DNA from: Camelus ferus
Lineage: Eukaryota
Assembly: GCF_009834535.1 (NCBI RefSeq)
Contig: NC_045708.1
Location: 61,070,001-61,134,000, forward strand
Direction of reading: 5' to 3'
Length of the DNA: 64,000 nucleotides
Every line of letters begins with the position of its first letter. Within the stretch, counting starts at the first letter, position 1. A program made the position numbers and the translations under genes. A model generated the notes under the pieces. The model ran no database searches. It saw only the letters and a list, made by a program, of their open reading frames with translations, and was not told where the DNA came from. This document shows positions 24,488 through 35,500 of the stretch, in pieces.

Positions 24488-25399
24488 GTAAGTGTCCCCT
24501 TTCGCTCCCCTGCCTCCCCCATCCCCGCTCGGGTAGATCACCGCCGCAGCTGCTCAAATGGAGTGGAAAATGGCCATTGGGCGGCAATGAGTTATATATT
24601 ATCTGCTCCACGTTTTGTACTTAGCTGCCTGTAATCTTCTTTTGAGTTTGCCTGAGCCCCTTGCTGGAAAAATCAGGAGGGAGAGATTTGTCCTTTGCCG
24701 CTGTACACGCTAATATGTTTATATGATTAGCCGAACTCGCGGGGGTGGGGAGGTGGGGATTTGGGGAGAGGAGGCGGAGGAGGCTGGAGGTGACTCCAGT
24801 TCAGACCTCGCGGAGAGTCTGTGTCAGGACTTCGCACTCCCCCGTCTCTCTTCCCCTCTCCCTCTCGCTCCCTCTCTCTCCCTCTCACTCTCCGCTCACA
24901 CACGCAGAGGTACCGGAGAGAAATCTGGAGCTTACCGGAGAATTCCTTGGGATCCTTGGTAGGGGGGCATCTCCCCTCCGTTGCTGTGCGTGGCGTGGCT
25001 TGTCCCAGCACCTCCCCGCTTCCCCGAGCCCCAGTCCTCGCCTTCAGCCTTTCGTGGGGCAGCGGCCACTGCTCAGCCTCGGCCCGGAGACCCGAAATGT
25101 GAGGAGGGGCCGCTGCCGGCTCCCGTCCCAGGCCGCAGGGTCGGCACGAGGGATGCCAGTCAGGCCAGCGCGGACGGCGGGCTGAGGGGCTCCGCCTGAT
25201 GAACTGAGTTGGCCTCGCGCGCCGGCGTCTGCCCGCCCCTCCCGCGGCTGCTGCTCCGAGGGGACTCCCAAGTCTGCGCACCTCGGTCGGGCTTTTGCCT
25301 CCGCCACCCCCTGGGCTCTTCCCGAATTTCTTATCTTTCCGTGGGAACGTGCGGTCTGGGGCCGCGTGCGCGTGTGCAAAAGACCCCTCTCGCGGAGCG

Positions 25400-25648
25400 G
25401 CGTGTGGGAAACTGCGGGAAAATGTTGACCTAACCCCAGGAGCCGCCCGGCGCTGGCTGCTTGGCTGGAGGAGGCGGCGGCGGCGGCGGCCAAGCAGGAG
25501 GACGCGCCGAGCCGCGGCGCTGCCTCCCGTGCGGACTCCGCGGCCGGCCTCGGCCCTCCCCGGCCAGGGCGGCCGCTGCCCTCTGCGCCTCTCCCCGCCC
25601 GGCCCCCGCGCCAGACGGCCCGCCCCTGGGGCGCGCTCAGAGACCGAG
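25400..25648 (+). other. ADGRL2: Probable main non-coding first exon of ADGRL2 (5' boundary unknown)
   Basis: Strong donor CCGAG|GTAAGA (GT at 25649) in the CpG island upstream of the coding exon; GC-rich leader with a GGC repeat. The start is approximate because a TSS cannot be read from sequence. Confidence 0.7.
25473..25490 (+). repeat. (GGC)6 trinucleotide repeat in the predicted 5'UTR, preceded by GGAGGA
   Basis: ggaggaggcggcggcggcggcggc read directly. Confidence 0.9.
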
Positions 25649-27772
25649 GTAAGAGCCGCGAGAGCGAACAATGTGCCTCTGTGCCAGGCTGCGGAGACCT
25701 GTTTGCTTTGCGCCTCCCGCCTGGGGGTGGATGCTGGAGGTGGAGGGAGGTGCGAGTGAGTTGGGGCTCGGCTGTTTGTTTATGTTCGGCTGGGCCAAGG
25801 GGGAGATCCGCGCGGGCTCTGGCTGCTCGCCCCTTCCCCTTCCTCCCCCTCCTCTCCTCGGAAATGGAGCCGCAGAACTCTCCTTTCCGTCCAGCCTGCT
25901 GCTGCTTCGCCCAGCGAGTGTCGTGAAGCTCTCGAGGCATCAGTCTAGTTACAGGGGTCTCTTGGGGCGGGAGGGAGAGTAGAATTGGGTTCGGCATTTT
26001 TTTTATTTTCTCAAAGCCTGGGTCAGAAGGTGCCGCTCGCTCTTTCACAGGCCGTCTGCGGAGGGGGAAGGTGGGGCGCGCCCTCAACTGGGCTGCGGGG
26101 CCCCAGGCCGGGCGTGGAGCGCGCCCTTGTCCGCCCGCCACGCCTGCCTGCAGACCCGTCCCGGGCTAAGTGAAGCGGGGAGGCCGAGCGCTGGGAGCGA
26201 GTTCAGGGGAAGTGGGCGGTGGGGGCGGGGGGATGAAATAGGATGAGTTGTTGCGGGTGGTTGTTTCTTCTCGTCGGTGGTTATGTTAGGTGGTGTGGAG
26301 AGGCGAGGATGACAGCAAAGCGCAGCCAGATGTGCCCGGGCCGGCGGTAGGGCTGACAACGATTAGGGACGGCCCCGTGGGGTGGGCGGGCGGCTGGGCC
26401 CGGCACCCGGCGGGCCCTGGGGAGGCCGGGAGCCTCCTGCACCCGCAGTGAGAGGGCAGCAGCGGGCCGCGCTGGGCCTGCGGGCGAAGTTACGCGGTGT
26501 GGGCTCTTGGTCTAGCGCTGGGGCTGGGAGCCCGGGGAAGCCTGGTTTGTGGGGTGGGGGTGTTGGGTGGGGAGCGGCGGGGAGAAAAAGGCGTGGGAGG
26601 AGCGCGAGGCAAGGGAGACACCCCCCCGGGGGGGCTAACTGAGCGTGGGCTCCTTGATTGGCTGGGGCCACCAGACCCTCTGGTGGAGAGGCGAGGGCGA
26701 GCGGAGCGACAAAAGCGCCCCAGCAGTGGGGAGGCACGCCTGTGAGACTCCTTCGCTGGGGATCAGGAAAGTTTGTTCCTTTCGCCAAACTACGGGGCTT
26801 GGGTTAGGGGAAATCGCTGGAAGCTTTACTTTGTGCCAAAGTGTCGCTGAGCGGCGGCTAAGGAACGTACGTCTCTATTCATATATTTTTCTATTCTCTG
26901 TTCACTCTGTCCTCTGAAAGCGTAGTTGTAGGGGCAAGTCCTGCGGTGTCCGTCTCTTTCCCCATCTTGTATGGACTCCTCCTCCCTTACCCTTTCCCCT
27001 TTGCCTGGCCCCCTCATTCCGTTTTTCCTGATGCAAACTGTGTTGTCTTGGATTCAGACCGAGGAAATGTTTTCCTCCTGTTCCTTGAAAGGTGTCAGGC
27101 TGCTGAGCAGCTTCTCCAAGCAGCCTGGGAGCGTCTGAGCCGCAACCACCAACCATATGGTTCCCGTTACAAAGGCCAGGTTCTTAGGCACTCTCCTCCC
27201 TGCCCCTGCCCCCAATTTTTAAATTTTCTTTCGCATTCTTTACACTATGTATACTTCTCTCTTCCAGAGGCGTAGATTTAACGAACGTGGTTTGTCCATT
27301 CATTTCCCTGTCAGTGTTTGTGTCTGGAACGAGCCCCACCGAGTTTGCTCTTTGCTCGACTCGAGTTGCACAATGAGGAAAAGTCACATCCGTTTGGTAA
27401 ATAATTGCCTGTTGGGTTGTCTCTTACTAAATCAAGTTTGATCTTGGACAAAACTTAAAAGATTGGCACTAAGGCGGCAGAATGCGTCCATAGCAGAAAA
27501 GTAGTTTGTGTGATGTCTTTGGCAACATTCCCAGTTGTGATGGGACTCCTGACCTAGGTAAAAGGTAACTTTGTAACTCTAACTTAGTTATAACTCTATC
27601 TTTATAATGATACTTGAGAAAGTCCTTATAAGAAAATCTACTTCTGTTCAGGTGTGTTATGGAACTTTTTTGTTGTCCCTCCTTCCACCCTCCAATACAT
27701 TTATGCATGATAGAGAGAATACTGCAGAACAAATGTTCTGTTGTTTAGTTTCTTCAGACATTCTGATTCTCT

Positions 27773-28023
27773 NNNNNNNNNNNNNNNNNNNNNNNNNNNN
27801 NNNNNNNNNNNNNNNNNNNNNNNNNNNNNNNNNNNNNNNNNNNNNNNNNNNNNNNNNNNNNNNNNNNNNNNNNNNNNNNNNNNNNNNNNNNNNNNNNNNN
27901 NNNNNNNNNNNNNNNNNNNNNNNNNNNNNNNNNNNNNNNNNNNNNNNNNNNNNNNNNNNNNNNNNNNNNNNNNNNNNNNNNNNNNNNNNNNNNNNNNNNN
28001 NNNNNNNNNNNNNNNNNNNNNNN
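27773..28023. other. Assembly gap (251 N)
   Basis: Run of N. Confidence 0.99.
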
Positions 28024-29444
28024 GTTTTGTAATTATGTGAACGAAAAACATTGTCTGTTGCTGTGGAGCCCTTGCAAATGGAAAGACAATTATTTTCTAT
28101 TTGATAGATGGTTTGTTCCTAGAAAAAGGGTGACCTTTTATTTTACAATAGTCACTGTTGCCTGTCTTTTGGGGTCCCTTGAGTGAAAGAGTGAAAAAGC
28201 TTTTCCTTCTAACTTAATACTTTTCTAGGGCCTACACTTTGTTACATGAGTAAAATGGTTAAGAAAGGCTTTTAATTAGTGTGTAAAACAATAGAAATCT
28301 TGTGATAAAAGGACACATTTCTATACCTTGGAAACTTTATTTTTAATAAGCTTGCTAAATTAATAGGTAAAATTAGTGGAGAGTTGAGTATTAAAACTCA
28401 ACATGAACTTTGTTAGTGCAACTTCTATTGCAAGTTTAAGTTTGAAAAAGGTTTTTTTCTAAGTGATACTCAAATTTTTCATGAATTGTATATAGAGATA
28501 ATTTGAATATTGATTTTGTCTCAATTTTTGTATTTTATCAAACATAGTGAACTCGCGAATTCAGCTTAAAGTTGGTTTGTTTTTCTTAATATTTATAGCA
28601 TTATTTGCTCCTGCTTTTTTTAAATTTGCAGAGAGATAGGTTCTTTGAATTTCTTTTAACAACTCAATATCCATTAATGAAGAAACAAGTAAGAACAAGT
28701 ACTTGGGTCATTTGAATCATTTTTTGGTGAGCAAATGGGTCAAGGGAGAACTTTTATCTTCAACTTCTGGAGAAATAATTGGTTTTATTTATTTAGCTTT
28801 AGATTTCCTAAAACCTAGTTTCAAGATGAAAGTGAATCTCAGGGATGGTTTGGAGATTTGTAAGCTCAAATTTTTAATAGTTTTACCTTTGATGGTTGGT
28901 TGATTTTGACCGTGAATTGATGTCCTTTCATTAGAGGAGGGCTTTTTATCCTCATGTTCAGAACTCCTTGTTTTTCTTTTAAAAGTGAAAATTTGGAGGG
29001 AAAAATAATTATTAATCACTTAACATTTTAATCTTCAGTTTAATAGGATGATCATTTTTTTAGTGGCATTTAAGTTGTGTATTATTACCCTGAAATCAGT
29101 AAATGATAGTTTATTTATCTGATCCCTTTAGTTGTCTAAGAGTACTTTTGAGGCAGAAAAGCCCACATTGATGTAATTGCTGTTATTGCACTTAAGTTGC
29201 TGTTAGCTAGTCTGCTTTGAATGCAGAGTGCTGTAAAGAAAATACATTATCCTTTAGAGCTATAAGCGATAATCTAAAAATTGTCTTGAAAACATTGCTC
29301 TTCATTTTACATGATGGTGATCCTGAATTCACCAAATTTCTAAATGTGTAAAATGCAGTGAAAAGAAGATTTTCAACAGTAAGATGACAAATTGGACTAT
29401 TTAGACAAAAATTAATGTGTTGTAGAAGCACTTCAGCTGCCATC

Positions 29445-29584
29445 NNNNNNNNNNNNNNNNNNNNNNNNNNNNNNNNNNNNNNNNNNNNNNNNNNNNNNNN
29501 NNNNNNNNNNNNNNNNNNNNNNNNNNNNNNNNNNNNNNNNNNNNNNNNNNNNNNNNNNNNNNNNNNNNNNNNNNNNNNNNNNNN
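29445..29584. other. Assembly gap (140 N)
   Basis: Run of N. Confidence 0.99.
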
Positions 29585-32500
29585 GAAGTGTTCCAATAAA
29601 TATAATTTTTTCCAGGCTTTTGACTCTCTTATTAATGGACTAACATCAAAGCAGACAACAAAACGTCCAAACGTTATAAAAACTAATATAAATATACAGA
29701 TCTCATATGGAGTACTGCAAGTCTTAATTTAAGGCAAGCGTTTGGAGTTTTTATTGCTGCAATTTTCACAATGAGCAAAAACGTTAACACCAAGCTTCTG
29801 GGCGTTTCCTTTCTTAAAATTAACAAGAGGAGAGCTTTAAAACTAAAGTTTACTTAGGGTTAGAACTTCATTTGATCATTATTGGAGCTTTCCATGTTTT
29901 ATTAAAAAAATTTAAATAATATTTTAGTGTATTAAGTAATACAGGAATATGAGAGCTAAGATTGAGATGTTGGGAAGGTCAGGAGGTAACTAGAAATCGG
30001 CACATCATAGTAATAAAATGTAATTGCTCTATTTTCTCTCAAAATATTTATTTGATCTAACTTTTGTGAATAAATATTCAATAACACTGAGTTTACTGAC
30101 AGGTGTACTATGAGATGAAGAGAGCATTATAATGTATTCTAAGGTATGGGCCAGTTACCGTCATCCCTACCTGAGAGAAATCTGTTTTTGTTTTAATGAG
30201 AATCGATACCATGTACACAGTACTTGTACATAGATTAGAAATTAAATACAGTTTTAGAAATTTGAAGAATTTAGTATTGTATAGGATTGCTATTTAAAAA
30301 CAGCAACTTTAGCTTCTAGACCCAGAAGGACTTAAAATCCTGTTGTGTTTTAGTCGTATCAGTTATTAAGATAATTTGTTTAAATATTAGTTCACATTAC
30401 CTAAATAGATATGTTTTGTTACTGTTTTCAACAAAGATTAAAACATTTTTATTTTCAAAGATAGATTAAATCATAGTTTAGTTAACTTCTCTCTTACATA
30501 AGACTAATTAGTCTGTAGCCCCACCCAAATATTCATCTCTTCAAATAATTCTTGATTTAAGGTTGAAAGGTTGAAAAGTATTTAATCACCCAGATTACTG
30601 TAATTAGACTTGATGTTATCAAAAAATTGGGACTGTTATCTAAAATCTTTGCTACTCAAGATTGGTCAAGTAGTGATTATTATTGTTTTTAATGCTTTAA
30701 GAAAAAGGTTAAGGAAGTAGGTTAACTTAGAGATAGCTAATTATTGGAATTACAGAATTAGAGTTCTAAAATAGTGACATTTTTCTTGACCTAATGTGAT
30801 AACTTTAGAGGATTAACTAAAACTAGATCTAATTCCTAAATTTTATTCAGGACTTCAGTGTGGTATTTTGAGTTTAGTTATATAGGTTTTGTAAAATATA
30901 TGTTATAAACTATGAAAATCCCATAAATGCTATTGTGATGTAAGTAGGTATTTTTTTAAGTGGATCATTGTGTTGAATAAGAAAAAGTCCTAAACAACCA
31001 AAAGTACTTAAAAAATCTCTTTAGTTCATTTATCTGGTGGACTAAACGTAGGCAATAATGTGCAGATACTCTCCAACATGTTCTTGTCCAACAGTTTTTA
31101 AAAAGCTATTTCTTACCAAAAAAAATTCCCATATTTTGCAAATAAAAATTATCTTTAAAAAAAGAAAGGTAGTTGGAATGAAGGAACCAAGTGCTTAACA
31201 CCTGCAAGTAAAGTGCAGCTTATATAGCAAAGTGCTATTGATTGCTTTAGAAGCATAGAACACGTTTAAATACAATTTGTTTAATTACAACAAAAATGCA
31301 GTTTTGTGAAGTAATATAGTTTGTCTTAGTAAAGGATTTTATACATTGTGTGGTGGTAAGTAAAATCCCATCACAGTTGTATAAATTTGTTCAATTACCA
31401 GAACTGCTAAGAGAAAAATAATCAATTTACTTTGAAAAGCAACAGAAATTAGATTACCTTGGTTAGTAGGAACTTGCCAGCAGTGTCTAAATTGCTTAAT
31501 AATATCAAAAGTTACCATGTTTCACAGTATAAGGATAATGGTGCCTGTTTTTTATGCATACATCTTGTTTACTCGGTGACTTTTGTTATGTGAACATTTT
31601 TTTCTTTCTGCTTTCCATCTTTGTTTGCTTTGCTGGATTTCTAAAATTTGTAATCGGTTGATATTTCAAATCAGTGTAGTGAAAAATCAGATGTAATTTT
31701 ATGAATCAAAAGAAACCTAGTCTATTGGTAGGAATAGCTAGGTTATTATCAGCAACAGAAACACATTAGAAAATTTACAGACTCTAGAATTATAGAGCAC
31801 TCTACATCTTAAATTCTTACAGCAATAAAGTGGCGTGGGATTCATCGGAGCAGATAGCTGGGCACCTGTTTTATTACCACCTGGATTCATTCTGGCACCC
31901 AGATTTACTGAAGTACAAGAACCAGCACAACTGCTACTCACAGCCACCCGGCTGTTTTTAGGTCATGAAGTCAACTTCCTGGAATTTCTTGGGAAACCAG
32001 TTGAAAAGGGAGGACAAATGTCACTTTAAATAGAGATGTTTAAATCAGATTTCTGCCTGAGGGTAAAATTTAGGTCTGTTTTAGCCCGGATGTAATGTCT
32101 CCCTCTACAGAGCACAGCATTAATCACGACCTGACAAGAAAACGTATGCTGAGCAAAACGGGCCCCTGTTGGTCTTGTCATTGATTTTTCCAATCTGCGA
32201 GGAGTACATTATAAACATTAAAATTCACACATAGGGATTATACCTTAATCTGAATTTCAGTGTTGAAATATAGTTGCTTAAAAGAAACCTACTTAAAGCT
32301 GAAGAATCTTTGGGGGACTTTTTTAAAGGATAGATTCAATACTTCAATAAAAATAGAAATATAAGATTAAAGAAATACAAGATTGAAAACAGGTAGGTTA
32401 AGCAGAAGTTAACTTCTTAAATTGATGGCCAAATCTCAATTGTTTTAAGATACATGAAGTGATTTTGAAAATGTTTTACGTTACAGCAGAAAAAAGAAAC

Positions 32501-35500
32501 AAATAAAAACAATTAGTTCTCTGAAATTAAAGATAGAAGTTGAAAAGATGGTCAACTTTTGACTTAATTCAAACACATTATTTGTTAGGATAAAACTAGA
32601 TACAACTCTCTGTCTTCTGCGTGAATAACAAAATCTTTAGCCACTGCAGTAGCAAAGAAGAATGCACTATGAGATTCCTAATAAAAGAGAAAGGACTTAA
32701 TTTTGCTCTTTCAATTTATTAGATAATACTCTTTTAAGTCCTTTCTTGGTCAAATATATATACAAACATACTTACATAACCATACAATTTATATTCTGTG
32801 TCTTTGCATATATCAACCTTTATTGAGAGGATTGGCAAAAAATTAGCACAGATGCAAGTTTAAAATGTAAAATATGTATGATTAAGATTTTTTTAAACTG
32901 ATTTGGAAAATGATAGACTTATTTGCACTCTGTTTTGTTCTCAAAGGTATCTGCTACCTTTGGGCCAGGAAATTCTTGTGTTGTCCACACTTTGCTTCAT
33001 TTTGTAGGTGTTTTTACATCAGTCCACACCTCACACAGATTATACCACTGGATTTAGATGACAGAATAATCTAACCCCAGTTACTGTCAAAAATGGTTCT
33101 TGGATGTCGGGGGCGGTCTAGGTGACCTTGCATTTGACTAATGCTTTTTCTTGTAGAGAGTAGTAAATAGTGTCTATCTGTAGAGAGAGGAAAAGAGAAA
33201 TTTCTCTGTTTTGTTTTAAAAAATGAGTTCTAATTTCATTTTTTCTTAAAATTAAATGTTGTGGCACTAGTTCTCCATGTAATGGGTGAATCATTACAAG
33301 ATTTTAGACGAGGTTTTGGTTGATAGAATATTTCTGTTTTATATAGATTATATTTACTTAATCAGTTCTCAATTACAATTTACTACAAAAAAAATAATGT
33401 TGAAAACTATTTTCTCTGTGACTTTACCTTGAAGCGAAGTATTTCTATTTGAAATTATTATTTCTTTATTCTACTGGTAGCTTCCTTGCAGGAATTTTAT
33501 TCCTCTGCTTTAAAAGCCTACCCTTTTTTACTGTTTATTTCTGTGGCTTTTGACTAGAAATTACAGAACACATTTTATATATAGCATTTTCTTTATGTTC
33601 TTAATCCCAGGATGCTTATGATGTGTTTTAAATCTTCAAATTCCTGGCTTTTCTATGATTAATGTCCAAGACAGTTTGGGAAACATTAATTTTGGTGATG
33701 TTGTAAGCTTATGCATTTGTATCCCAGTGATTGCACATATTTTCATAGAATTGATAAAGGATTCTTAATGTATTAAATGAGGAATTGATCTATTTTATAT
33801 ACCTTGTTTTCCATTTAATAAAAGATGGACGTAATTCAAAAATGCTTCATTTTGCTTCATTGCATGAACAAATAATTATACTAAAATTATGATGTTCTAG
33901 ATATTTTCACTTTTACTAAGGACATTTAGCTGTTTTTGTCCTTTTCAGAGTTCTGTTTGTCATGTGAAAGACATTTGACTATTATGTGCTTCCTCTTGAT
34001 AGCTGTGTTGATGAGTAAGAGGGGGAACACCTGACCCCCTTTGTTTTTTTCTGCTGCAAATGCTTTGTCATCCATAACCTTGATGGAAGCCTCTTTTCAT
34101 ATTTTCTTTGGTTTCAAACCAGGTCTACAGCCTGAATATTTAAAAATATAAGTGAAACAAAATTTTCTTTCTTTTGAGTAAATAACTCACTAAAAACCCT
34201 GCTTATTATAAGTTGTCTTTCCCATTAACCTTATTTTCTTTGTTTAATTGGAAAAAAGAAACATAATATCTGTATGATATTTCTGTACATTTTAGCATGA
34301 GTTAGCATATCTTTGATAATTTTTTTGTTTAATAAGAATCTTAGTTTTTTTTTTTAAAAAAATCACTTTTTATAAGCCTGTCAGTTCATTTATAGGTAAG
34401 TCAAACTGAATTTGCCTCAAATTTACAGTTACTGTGTATATGCTATAAAGGTGGTGTATGCATGTTGGAAGGGGGGAGTCTAAAGCAGGAGAGCATCAAG
34501 CATTGTCCAGAAACCATTTTGGGGCAACACTTTACCCCCAAGATTTTGAAATGGTTCTTAGCTTTTTCGTTCCCTCTTGGCAGAGATGCACCTTATCTCT
34601 GTGTACCTGGGGAAAGGAATATGGTGAAAGAGGAGAGTGTAAATCTAAACAGAAATCTAAAACAGATTCTGGGAAAGATATTATGGAGGGATAAAGAACA
34701 TTTTGCAAACCAGTTCAAACAGGACAGGGTATCCTGTACTGTTTTTTTCCTGTTTTGTATTCTGTTAATGAAAATATATTTATTTTTCAGAGGTAAATAC
34801 TTTCTGGTTTAAGTTTATGAATTGTTCTAAATAAGAAGAAAATGTAGTTGTTACTGTAGTCATCTAAAATTGATTTTTTTTTTTATCTTTCACTGTAAAT
34901 CTAAGATGCTGCTTTCTATTGCTTACTTTGCAATCAGAAGATGCAGCAGATAAGCGGGTGGGGCAGCTTTGTTTTGGGTGGTCTGCCATTTCAGGCTGAT
35001 GCTGTGTAAGCAAGGTAGTAGCTCTTGGGTGACTGTGAAAAGTTTAAGTATCCTGCCTGCTTGAGCTGCATTCTTAACCAAGATGAAGGACAAGAATAAT
35101 CATGGTTGAACCACAAATTTTCAGGAGCAGTTATTTTAATCACTTAATTGGTAAAGAGGAGGGAATAATGCTAGATAATAGTGTTTTTTATACTGTGGTG
35201 ACCTGCATCTTTACGCAGGCAATTGCCTGAATGTTTCAAATATTTTTGCTAACCCTTATTATTACCTGTAGAGGGAGCTTGCATATGAGATAAAATAATC
35301 AGGGCAGTATAAATGGATAATTTCTCTTCTGAAATTATCTTATTAATATATTTTAAAATTTTTGTTTGAGAAAAATTGTTCTAAGGAAAATAAAGTATTG
35401 TGGGATTAGTCAAATTCTAGTGAAATTTAATATACTATATGCCAGATATTTATCATTTCCTATATTCACAGATTATAAATGTACTTTTTGCTCTTCTTAA

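Larger units (their letters stand above)
23740..26960. promoter_or_regulatory. CpG island / ADGRL2 promoter region
   Basis: Abrupt switch from AT-rich flanks to very GC- and CpG-dense sequence (many CGCG, GGGCGG); contains multiple + strand splice donors. Confidence 0.93.

Noticed and set aside
23854-27275. Many long overlapping ORFs in the CpG island (e.g. 222, 314 and 365 aa on the minus strand; 146-165 aa on plus)
   Set aside because: Ala/Gly/Pro/Arg-rich and open in nearly all frames on both strands because GC-rich DNA lacks stop codons; no recognisable protein family.
27726-27739. Glucocorticoid/androgen response element-like AGAACA-aa-TGTTCT
   Set aside because: Perfect half-sites but a 2-nt spacer; steroid receptors need a 3-nt spacer.
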